Positions 53,784 to 61,392 of a stretch of 64,000 nucleotides of DNA are shown here, piece by piece; within the stretch, counting starts at the first letter, position 1; the number at the start of each line of letters is the position of its first letter. Location: NCBI GenBank assembly GCA_963773905.1, contig CAVZDB010000001.1:151429-215428 (forward strand), written 5' to 3'. A program made the position numbers and the translations under genes. Source of the DNA: an uncultured Acidobacteriota bacterium. Lineage in GTDB: Bacteria > Acidobacteriota > Thermoanaerobaculia > UBA5066 > Gp7-AA6. The notes under the pieces are model-generated. The model saw only the letters and a program-made list of their open reading frames with translations. It searched no databases and was not told the DNA's origin.

Positions 53784-55490
53784 ATGCGCAGAAACCCGGA
53801 ACTCCCGTCGTGGCTCGCGGCCTCGGTTCTCGCCGTTCTGGCCCTGGCCTTCTCGCCGGCCGCGAGTCGCGCGCAGATCGGCACGGCATTCACGTACCAG
53901 GGCCAGTTGCAAAACGGCGGGACGCCTCAGAGCGGCCCCTGCGACTTCCGCTTCAGGCTCTACGACGCGGCGACCAACGGCAACCAGATCGGCTCGACTC
54001 AGACGCTCTCGAACACTTCCGTGACCGGCGGGATCTTCACGGTTTCGATCGATTTCGGCGGTTCGGCCTTCACCGGCTCACCCCGCTGGCTCGAGACGGC
54101 GGTCGCGTGCCCGAGCGGCGGCAGCCTGACGACGCTCTCGCCGCGCCAGTCGTTGAAGCCCGCGCCCAACGCGATCTTCGCCGCAAACGCGGCCGTCGCG
54201 ACCGGCGGCACGCTGACGGGCAACGGAACGGCCGGCGCGCCGCTCGGCGTCGCGGCGCCGCTCACGCTCTCGGGCGGCGGATCGGCGACGGTTGGCGCCA
54301 CGAACACCGGCGGCGGCAGCGGCGTCTACGGAGAGACGCAGGGATCCGCCGGCCTCTCCGGCGCCGCCGGAGTCTGGGGTGACAGCCATGACTTCTTCGG
54401 CGTCTGGGGAACGAGCGCGTCGAGCGCCGGGGTGTGGGGCCAGAGCGCGAGCTTCGACGGCGTCCACGGCGACACGACGTCGGCCTCGGCCTCGGGGGTC
54501 GCGGGCTTCAGCCACGCCGGGGGCGCGGGAGTCTTTGGATCGACCTCGACGGGCGACGGCGTCTATGGAACCGTCCAGGGAGTCGGTGGCACGGGCGTGC
54601 ACGGGAACAACCCCTTCGGTTGGGGCGTCTACGGACACAGCGTGACCTCCGACGGCGTCCACGGCGACACGTCGGACAACTCCAACTCCGGGGTCGCGGG
54701 GATCAATACCAACAGCGGTTACGGCGTCTACGGAGCGACCAACAACGGAAAAGGAGTGGCTGGATTCGCCGCCCAGGGTGACGGCGTCTTCGGCAGCGCT
54801 TCCGGCGACGGCCAGGGCGGGGGCTCAGGCAACGGTGTTCACGGCGCCGGGACTTCGCAATGCAGCGATGAGTTTTGCGCGCCCGGAACAGTCGCCGTCA
54901 TGGCGGACGGCGTGCTCGACGTGAGCAACTCCGCAGAAATTCACACCGACCTCTGGGTTTTTGGCGACAAGCACTTCGCGGCGCCCGACCCCACCGATCC
55001 TTCGAGGCAGATTACGTACAGCGCACTCGAAGGCCCCGAGGCCGGCACGTTCTTCCGGGGAACTTCACACCTGGTCGGAGGCTACGCGGAGGTGGAGGTC
55101 CCAGAAAGCTTCCGCCTGATCTCAGCGGATCAAGGCCTCACGGCAATCGCGACCCCGATGGGGAGCCCGGCGGTCATCGTGTGTATGTCGAAGTCCCTGG
55201 ACAAGATCATCTTCCAGGGGTCGGCCGACGTCGACTTCGACTACATGATCAACGGCGTTCGGAAGGGTTACGAGGCCTACAAGGATCTGAGGAAGAATTT
55301 CCTCTTCGTGCCCCGCCGGTCTTCCGACACGTGGCTGGGCAAGCTCCCGCCTGAGGCCGTTCGCCGACTCAAGGCAAACGGGATTCTGAACGACGACGGG
55401 ACGGTCAACGCCGAGACGGCGCGCCGCATGGGTTGGGACCAGCGTCCGGGCTGGAACGAGCCGGAGCGGCTGCTTCCGAGCCCGAAGTGA
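53784..55490 (+). CDS. secreted tail-fibre-like protein with GVxG beta-repeat region
   Basis: AAAGGAGAAG SD and a signal peptide. N-terminal FTYQGQLQNGGTPQSGPCDFRFRLYDAATNGNQIG...LSPRQSLKPAPNAIFA resembles tail-fibre-domain proteins. About 18 G-V-(Y/W/H/F/A)-G units follow at roughly 10-12-aa spacing. Confidence 0.8.
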   Translation: MRRNPELPSWLAASVLAVLALAFSPAASRAQIGTAFTYQGQLQNGGTPQSGPCDFRFRLYDAATNGNQIGSTQTLSNTSVTGGIFTVSIDFGGSAFTGSPRWLETAVACPSGGSLTTLSPRQSLKPAPNAIFAANAAVATGGTLTGNGTAGAPLGVAAPLTLSGGGSATVGATNTGGGSGVYGETQGSAGLSGAAGVWGDSHDFFGVWGTSASSAGVWGQSASFDGVHGDTTSASASGVAGFSHAGGAGVFGSTSTGDGVYGTVQGVGGTGVHGNNPFGWGVYGHSVTSDGVHGDTSDNSNSGVAGINTNSGYGVYGATNNGKGVAGFAAQGDGVFGSASGDGQGGGSGNGVHGAGTSQCSDEFCAPGTVAVMADGVLDVSNSAEIHTDLWVFGDKHFAAPDPTDPSRQITYSALEGPEAGTFFRGTSHLVGGYAEVEVPESFRLISADQGLTAIATPMGSPAVIVCMSKSLDKIIFQGSADVDFDYMINGVRKGYEAYKDLRKNFLFVPRRSSDTWLGKLPPEAVRRLKANGILNDDGTVNAETARRMGWDQRPGWNEPERLLPSPK

Positions 55491-55500
55491 GGAGGCCGTC

Positions 55501-56553
55501 ATGAAACCTCTCGCGCGGATCCTCGCGGCGGTCATCGGCGCCGTCGCCGCGCCAACGCTGCTCGCTCAGTCCGGCGGCCCGTACGTGCTCACCTCGTCGG
55601 TGATCGCCGGCGGAGGGACGACGACCGAGTCGGCGGGGCCCTATTCGCTCGGCGAAACGTCCGGTCAATCCGAAGCGGAGACGCTATCGGGCGGCGCGTT
55701 CACGCTCTATGGCGGATTCTGGACTCCCTCCTCCTGCGGCGTGAGCGCGCCGACGATCACGGCGCCCGTGTCGGTCGTCGTCGGCGCGACCGGCGTCTCG
55801 GCGAGCGTGCCGAGCACGGGCGGCGTCGTCTACAGCTGGTCGCTGACCGGCGGCGCCATCGTGTCCGGGCAGGGAACGAATCAGATCCTCTTCAACGCGG
55901 GACCGCCCGGCACCACGATGGTCCTGTCGGTGACCGAAACGGCGGGAACGTGCGCCGCGGCGGCCGTTCCCGTCAAGGTCCAGGTCGACTTCCTCGACGT
56001 CCCACCGACCGAGGCGTTTCACGCTTACATCGACACCCTCGCGCGCAACGGCGTCACGAGCGGATGCGGCAACGGCAACTATTGCCCGGACGGCAACGTG
56101 ACGCGGGCGCAGATGGCGGTCTTCCTGCTCAAGAGCGAGCACGGTTCGAGCTATACGCCCCCGTCGTGCACCGGAGTCTTTCCCGACGTGGAATGCACTC
56201 CGAACCCCGCGTTTGCCGTCGACTGGATCGAGCAGCTCGATCACGAAGGCATCACCGCCGGCTGCGGAGGCGGCGACTACTGCCCCGATGCGCCCGTGAC
56301 CCGCGCGCAGATGGCTGTCTTCCTCCTGAAAACCGAGCACGGACAGGCCTACCTGCCCCCCGCCTGCAGCGGCGTGTTCGCCGACGTGGAATGCACTCCT
56401 CTGCCGGCATTCGCCGTCGACTGGATCGAGCAGCTCTCCCGCGAGGGGATCACCGGCGGCTGCGCCCTGGATCCCCTGCGCTATTGCCCATCCGACGCCG
56501 TCACTCGGGGGCAGATGGCGGTCTTTCTCGTCAAGACGTTTTCGTTGAATTGA
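55501..56553 (+). CDS. secreted protein with three cysteine-containing SLH-like repeats
   Basis: Signal peptide and three copies of F.DV......FA...I..L...GIT.GCG.G.YCP...VTRAQMAVFLLK. Confidence 0.8.
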   Translation: MKPLARILAAVIGAVAAPTLLAQSGGPYVLTSSVIAGGGTTTESAGPYSLGETSGQSEAETLSGGAFTLYGGFWTPSSCGVSAPTITAPVSVVVGATGVSASVPSTGGVVYSWSLTGGAIVSGQGTNQILFNAGPPGTTMVLSVTETAGTCAAAAVPVKVQVDFLDVPPTEAFHAYIDTLARNGVTSGCGNGNYCPDGNVTRAQMAVFLLKSEHGSSYTPPSCTGVFPDVECTPNPAFAVDWIEQLDHEGITAGCGGGDYCPDAPVTRAQMAVFLLKTEHGQAYLPPACSGVFADVECTPLPAFAVDWIEQLSREGITGGCALDPLRYCPSDAVTRGQMAVFLVKTFSLN

Positions 56554-56617
56554 GCGGCCGCCGAGATCAAGCAATCGCAACCACGTTTTCCAAACTCACC
56601 ATCGAAAGGAGCGAACG

Positions 56618-57396
56618 ATGAAACGCCAATGGATCTCAATCCTGGGAAGCCTCGCGCTCGGAATGATCTGCGCCGGCGCAGCCGCGCAGCAGCTCGAGGA
56701 ACAGACGGCGCCGCTTCCGGCGGTCTCGAGAGACAAGAAGCTCGACACGTACGGGACGACTCCGTTCTCGTATCAACGTGTCGGCTTCGCCACTTTCGTC
56801 CCGCTGGATTCGAGCATGACCTACTCGGATCTCAACTTGTCTTCGCAGACGTTCTCGCGGTACCCGACGAACGCCAACGGCTCGGGCATCTTCGTCGCCA
56901 CGCCGCAGCTGCCGTCGGGCGCACTCGTCAGCAGCGTCGAGTTCGATTGGTGCGACACGAGCGCGGCCTCGGACCTGCAATTCGAGGTGCTCACTTCCGG
57001 CTATACCGGCCAGAACATCGACGTGCAGGCGTCGGCCGCGAGCTCCGGATCGCAGGGTTGCAGCCTGGCGTACGCAACCCTGAGCACTCCCTTCACGATC
57101 AACAACAACGAAACTCAGATCATCCTCAAGGCCACGGTCCCGACGCACGACGGGAGCACGTCCCTTTCGGGAGCGGTCGTAGCGTACTCGCTCCAGGTGA
57201 GTCCGGCGCCCGGCACGGCGTCGTTCATCGACGTTCCGACCAACGACCAGGGATTTCAATACATCCAGGCGCTCCTGGCCTCGGGCGTCACCGGCGGGTG
57301 CGACTCAATCCCCCGCGTTACTGCCCGGACGACTTCGTGACCCGCCGCCAGATGGCGATCTTCATCGCGAAGGCGCTCGGCCTACAGTGGCCGTGA
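56618..57396 (+). CDS. secreted protein with C-terminal SLH-like repeat, one frame break
   Basis: Signal peptide. FIDVPTNDQGFQYIQALLASGVTGGC continues as LNPPRYCPDDFVTRRQMAIFIAKALGLQWP only after a -1 shift near 57303. Confidence 0.75.
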
Positions 57397-57420
57397 TCGC
57401 CGCCGACCCGAGGGGATTTG

Positions 57421-57446
57421 CCGGCCGGCCTTCGGGCCGGCCGGCG
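57421..57446 (+). terminator. perfect 11-bp GC stem with UUCG tetraloop (terminator-like, no U-tract)
   Basis: GCCGGCCGGCC-TTCG-GGCCGGCCGGC, 25 nt after the stop at 57396. Confidence 0.45.
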
Positions 57447-57524
57447 CTCGTCGTGCAATCCCTCCTCTTGGCCTCACGAACCCAGCACCGCGCCGTGCCC
57501 CATTGCCGCGGTGGCGATCGAGTC

Positions 57525-57716
57525 CGGGATCCCGCGTCGCTCGCTTCGCTCCGCTCCTCGGGATGACGCTCACTACCCATCCTCCTGAGCCGCCACCCCC
57601 TCTCCTCACGGGACTCGTCCACAAGAGGTTAGACCCTCGGCAGTAGAGAACGTCGCGCGAAGCGCGGCGGTATCGGGCTGGGGTGAGGGGCGCTTCGCTC
57701 CGCTCCTCGGGATGAC
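57525..57716. repeat. repeat cluster: family A right arm (57525-57567), family C copy (about 57596-57690), family A fragment (57692-57716)
   Basis: CGGGATCCCGCGTCGCTCGCTTCGCTCCGCTCCTCGGGATGAC; GGCGGTATCGGGCTGGGGTGAGGGG; GCTTCGCTCCGCTCCTCGGGATGAC. Confidence 0.75.
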
Positions 57717-57748
57717 TGCTCCAGTCCAGGTCATAGAATCCCCCCCGG

Positions 57749-58429
57749 ATGTCCTCTCCCCGCGTCCTCGCCGTCAGCGTTGGCCGTCCTCGCGAATTCG
57801 ACTACCACGGCCGCGCCGCGCGCAGCGCGATCTGGAAATCGCCGGTCTCGGGCCGCGTTGCCGCGCGCGGCGTGAATCTGGCCGGCGATGACCAGGCCGA
57901 CCGGCAGGCGCACGGCGGTCCCGACAAGGCGCTCTACGCCTACGCCGTCGAGGACGCGCGCTGGTGGGCGTCGCGCGAAGGCCACCCGTTCGCATATGCG
58001 GAGTTCGGCGAGAACCTGACGACCGAGGGCATCGAGGTCAACGGCGCCCTCGTCGGCGAGCGCTGGGCGATCGGTTCGGCTGTCTTCGAGATCTCCGAGC
58101 CGCGAGTGCCGTGCTGGCGCCTGGGTGTGCGGATGAACGACCCGAAGTTCATCGGCCGCTTCACCGAGGCGCTGCGACCCGGCGCCTACATGCGCATCGT
58201 CACGGAGGGCGACGTCGGAGCCGGCGACGCGATCGAGGTCGTCTCGAAACCCGGCCACGATCTTTCGGTGCGCGACGTGTTCCGCATCTACACGCGCGAT
58301 CGCGACGAGTGCGGCCGGCTCCTCGCGGTTCCTCAGATGTCGGACGCCTGGAAGAGCTGGGCGCGGGAGATGCTCCAGCGCGTCAAAGGCAGAGCGAAGG
58401 AAGCGGCGGCGGCGCCCGGCTGCTGCTGA
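57749..58429 (+). CDS. MOSC domain-containing protein
   Basis: SAIWKSPV...GDDQADRQAHGGPDKALYAY...GENLTTEG...FEISEPRVPCWRLG; the conserved Cys context is typical of MOSC. Confidence 0.88.
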   Translation: MSSPRVLAVSVGRPREFDYHGRAARSAIWKSPVSGRVAARGVNLAGDDQADRQAHGGPDKALYAYAVEDARWWASREGHPFAYAEFGENLTTEGIEVNGALVGERWAIGSAVFEISEPRVPCWRLGVRMNDPKFIGRFTEALRPGAYMRIVTEGDVGAGDAIEVVSKPGHDLSVRDVFRIYTRDRDECGRLLAVPQMSDAWKSWAREMLQRVKGRAKEAAAAPGCC

Positions 58430-58465
58430 CCGTTACGCCGTCATCGCGGAACCGTAAAGAATCGC

Positions 58466-58735
58466 TTACTTGAGGTACTTCTTGAACGACATTCTCGTCA
58501 GCCGCCCCGCCTTCGCATCCGCGATCCCCTGCTTGAGCGCCGCAAGGACGTCGGGGTTCTCGTAGATCCAGCGCTCTTCCGCGGGAATCTCGACGAACGG
58601 CTCGAGGATGATCTTCCCGTCCTTCTGCCGGCGCGCGCGATAGCTGCTCACGCCTTCCGCGAGCTTGCCCAACGTGATCCTGCCCTTCGAATCGGGCTTA
58701 AGACGGTAGACACCCTTGTCGGCACTCTCGCTCAT
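58466..58735 (-). CDS. AbrB/MazE/SpoVT-type DNA-binding protein (antitoxin-like, no toxin partner seen)
   Basis: 89 aa; DSKGRITLGKLAEG swapped-hairpin motif; C-terminal NPDVLAALKQGIADAKAGRL. Confidence 0.72.
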   Translation of the reverse strand: MSESADKGVYRLKPDSKGRITLGKLAEGVSSYRARRQKDGKIILEPFVEIPAEERWIYENPDVLAALKQGIADAKAGRLTRMSFKKYLK

Positions 58736-58742
58736 GCCAGTC

Positions 58743-58789
58743 AGTGTAGGCGCGTGGTGGGAAGTGTGTCAAGTGGGATATCCCACCAC
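58743..58789 (-). promoter_or_regulatory. near-consensus sigma-70 promoter with palindromic operator; leaderless start predicted
   Basis: Minus strand reads TTGACA (58772-58767)-18 nt-TACACT (58748-58743), then 7 nt to ATG 58735. A perfect 14-bp palindrome GTGGGATATCCCAC (58773-58786) abuts the -35. An outer inverted repeat GTGGTGGGA/TCCCACCAC lies at 58754-58762 / 58781-58789. Confidence 0.6.
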
Positions 58790-58859
58790 GGTGTCGCGCC
58801 TGATGAAGCCCCGAACGGCGCCGCGCTTCGGGTAGGGGCGAAGGGCGGAGCCGGCGGAT

Positions 58860-59282
58860 CTAAGGACAGTCGCCCAGGCGCCTCGCCTTGACGTGGGTGA
58901 CGACCTCGGGCTCGCTTCCGTTCTTCGACGTCTGATCGGCTTCCGAGGTGTCGCCGTGAAAGACAGCCTTCGTCTGGATCGACACCGCTCCGCACTTCAT
59001 CGCATACGAGACCGAGTTGCCCTGCACGTCGTAACCCGTGATCGTGCAGCGTCCCGCGGCCTTCTTCTCGGCGTATGCCCGCGCCGTCTTCGTGTCGCCG
59101 TTGACGCTCGTCGCCTCGTCCGCCGTGATGCAGTGCTTGGAGACGCTCGTGTCTCCGCCGGCGTGAATGATGGTGAATTCCCATTGGCCGGGGCGAAGCC
59201 GTTCCGCCGCGGAGAGCGGCACGGCCGCCAGCAACAGAGCGACTGCGGCGACGAGAAGGATCGAGCGCATGGTTTTCGGCAA
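58860..59282 (-). CDS. DUF3617-like secreted/lipoprotein
   Basis: Signal peptide; RPGQWEFTI motif and spaced cysteines. The start is TTG 59282 or ATG 59270. Confidence 0.78.
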   Translation of the reverse strand: MPKTMRSILLVAAVALLLAAVPLSAAERLRPGQWEFTIIHAGGDTSVSKHCITADEATSVNGDTKTARAYAEKKAAGRCTITGYDVQGNSVSYAMKCGAVSIQTKAVFHGDTSEADQTSKNGSEPEVVTHVKARRLGDCP

Positions 59283-59388
59283 GGGCTCCTCCGTTTCGTT
59301 TGTTTCGGGTGGATAGGAATCGAGAGCGGTCTGCTCGAGACGTGAATCCAGAGCACCGTATCAGCATCGCGCGGAGACGGGATGCCCC

Positions 59389-59488
59389 GTCATCCCGAGC
59401 GGAGCGCGGGATCCCGGACCCGACTACCCCTGTGGCTATGAAGTTCGGGATCCCTCGTCGCTCGCTTCGCTACGCTCCTCGGGATGAC
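59389..59488. repeat. family A palindromic element
   Basis: GTCATCCCGAGCGGAGCGCGGGATCCCGGACCCGAC ... TTCGGGATCCCTCGTCGCTCGCTTCGCTACGCTCCTCGGGATGAC. Confidence 0.85.
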
Positions 59489-59495
59489 GCTCGAT

Positions 59496-59565
59496 CCCTC
59501 CCCCTCTACCCACGGGAGAGGATGTCCCCCTCACCCTGCCTCTCCCCCCGCTGGGGAGAGTGGGA
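59496..59565. repeat. two family B-like palindromic units
   Basis: CCCTCCCCCTCTACCCACGGGAGAGG and CCCCCTCACCCTGCCTCTCCCCCCGCTGGGGAGAGTGGGA. Confidence 0.7.
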
Positions 59566-59617
59566 CCGGTTCGTGATGCTGGCGGTGAGCGAGCGACCAT
59601 TCCACCGCATCAGCGAA

Positions 59618-60220
59618 TCAGCCCCGTCCCCCTCCCGCCTTCACGAGCTCCCCGACCGTCCGGTCCAACTCCTCGACGAGCGGGTTCGACCCCTTCGCCG
59701 CAAGCGCGCGCGTGACGGCGTCGTAGTACCAGAGGACTTCTTCCTTCGGCGCCGCGAAACGCTCCCAGACTTTCTCGCCGACGCTGCGCTTGCGGTAATC
59801 CCGCAGGATCGTTTGCGCGTTGTGGAGCTTGTCGGCCGCCGCCACGAGCCGCACGGAGCGGTGCGCGGTCTGCAGATGCCCGATGTGGGCTTCCTTGCGC
59901 GGCCGCCACTTCGGCTTCGGGTCTTCGAGCGTGTCGGTGCAGCCCTCGACGATCGCGGCCGCTCCCATCCCGAACATCTGCCGGATCTCGTCGAGAACCT
60001 CCTGCCCGCCGCAGTCCTCCGGCACGTCGTGCAGCAGCGCGGCGATGACCTCATCCTCGCCGCCGCCGTACTCGAGCACCAGGCTCGCCACCGCCATCGG
60101 GTGAGAGATGTAAGGGATTCGCGTCCCCTTGCGCTTCTGCCCCGCATGCTTCTCCGCGGCGTAGGCGAGCGCCCTGCCGTATCGCTGGGCCGAGGCGTCG
60201 GGAGTCTTGGACTGCTTCAT
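59618..60220 (-). CDS. HD-domain (p)ppGpp hydrolase-like protein (small alarmone hydrolase type)
   Basis: KHAGQKRKGTRIPYISHPMAVASLV...EVIAALLHDVPEDC...DKLHNAQ, as in RelA/SpoT hydrolase domains. About 200 aa with no synthetase domain. Confidence 0.85.
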   Translation of the reverse strand: MKQSKTPDASAQRYGRALAYAAEKHAGQKRKGTRIPYISHPMAVASLVLEYGGGEDEVIAALLHDVPEDCGGQEVLDEIRQMFGMGAAAIVEGCTDTLEDPKPKWRPRKEAHIGHLQTAHRSVRLVAAADKLHNAQTILRDYRKRSVGEKVWERFAAPKEEVLWYYDAVTRALAAKGSNPLVEELDRTVGELVKAGGGRG

Positions 60221-60308
60221 GACGGGCCTCCAGGACCCAACGATACCTATCCATGATGGCGGGTCGGTCTGGACTGGCCTCCACCCACCCAAGTCGAGCC
60301 TCCAAAGG

Positions 60309-60448
60309 GTGATAGACTGACCCCGTTCTCGCTTCGCTCGCCTTTTGCCAGATCCCTTCTGACGAATCCCGATCGAACAACTGACGAGAATGCTCAGGCG
60401 CCGCGCCGTGGTGTCTCCGCTCGCTCTCTCTCGGCGAAGGAGAAAGTC
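60309..60448 (+). promoter_or_regulatory. conserved leader / putative cis-regulatory RNA, copy B (paralogue of 1809-1943)
   Basis: See copy A. TAGACT lies at 60313-60318, the core at 60325-60372, CGAGAATGC at 60384-60392, and an AAGGAGA SD precedes ATG 60449. Confidence 0.5.
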
Positions 60449-61072
60449 ATGCGATCCACGTCCCGGTTGTTCCTCGCGGTCCTTGCCCTCGTCTCCACCG
60501 CCGCATTCGTCCGCGCCCAGGACAGCGCGGTACCCGCGACGGCGCTCGAGACGCTTGGCAAGCCGGTCTCCGCGCTCCGGGCGATTCCCTTTGCGGATGG
60601 AAGAGGGTCGGCGCTCCGGCCGATTCCCTTTGCCGATGGAAGGGCGCTCTCCGCAAAGCGTGCGCTGACGGTTGATCCCAGCGCGCTTCCCATCGAGCCT
60701 GTCGCTCCCCCGGCTGGGGGCAGGGCCGAGCCGTCCGCCGCGAGTCCCGCGAACACCTCTTCCGTCGAGGTCAACGCCTCGTTCGATCCCCGCTCGGCCG
60801 CCGCGAGCCTGGCGATCGTCGAGACGGCCACGAATCCGGCTTCTCCGAATGCGTCGGCGAAAACCGCGCAGGAGAAGAACATCGAAACCGACTTTCCGAA
60901 GAAGACCGGTACGGGAGGCTGGATCCTCCTCGGCCTCGTAGCCGCCGCCCTGTTCACCAGCATCGTGCGGTATCGCAGCCGGTTGCCGAAGCGGTACCCG
61001 GTCACGCCCATTGCGAATCTGCCCCTGGACCCGGGACCGGTTCCGGTGCCAGCGCCCGCGCGCCTCAACTGA
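60449..61072 (+). CDS. secreted, C-terminally TM-anchored low-complexity protein, unknown function
   Basis: Signal peptide MRSTSRLFLAVLALVSTAAFVRA and an in-frame 39-bp tandem repeat (SALRAIPFADGRG / SALRPIPFADGRA). C-terminal TM segment GWILLGLVAAALFTSIV followed by a basic stretch. Confidence 0.75.
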   Translation: MRSTSRLFLAVLALVSTAAFVRAQDSAVPATALETLGKPVSALRAIPFADGRGSALRPIPFADGRALSAKRALTVDPSALPIEPVAPPAGGRAEPSAASPANTSSVEVNASFDPRSAAASLAIVETATNPASPNASAKTAQEKNIETDFPKKTGTGGWILLGLVAAALFTSIVRYRSRLPKRYPVTPIANLPLDPGPVPVPAPARLN

Positions 61073-61102
61073 TCGAAGCGGCCGAACTCAATCGAATCCG
61101 AG

Positions 61103-61135
61103 AGGGCGGGGAAAACTCCCCGCCCTTTCTCTTCT
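61103..61135 (+). terminator. rho-independent terminator resembling the one at 2275-2308
   Basis: AGGGCGGGGA-AAAC-TCCCCGCCCT (10-bp stem) followed by TTCTCTTCTCC. Confidence 0.75.
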
Positions 61136-61206
61136 CCGCTGCGGCGTGCCTGAATCGGCAGAATCAGAACTGATCCTTGATGCCCGCGGCCCGCGGAAAC
61201 GCCGCG

Positions 61207-61322
61207 TCCCTCCCCCTCTCCCGGCGGCAGCCGACCACCAACGGCGAGCCGTCCACCAACGGCAAGCCCCCATCGGTAGGCAACGCTGCGCGGCGCGCAG
61301 CGGTATCGGGAAGGGGTGAGGG
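61207..61322. repeat. composite family B/C repeat
   Basis: CCCTCCCCCTCTCCCGGCGG ... GTAGGCAACGCTGCGCGGCGCGCAGCGGTATCGGGAAGGGGTGAGGGA. Confidence 0.7.
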
Positions 61323-61392
61323 ACGGCTCTCGTCGAAATCAGGACATCCGGTCTGACGCAGCCCAACCCACGCGCTCGGTTAACCTTGGGCC

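Noticed and set aside
58430-58860. A toxin partner for the AbrB-type antitoxin-like gene.
   Set aside because: Only 36 nt separate it from the MOSC gene on one side. The other side (58736-58859) holds the promoter/operator and a repeat-like hairpin, leaving no room for a toxin ORF.
59300-60256. 318-aa plus-strand ORF.
   Set aside because: It starts inside family A and B repeats and then runs antisense to the HD-domain hydrolase gene. It has no motifs.
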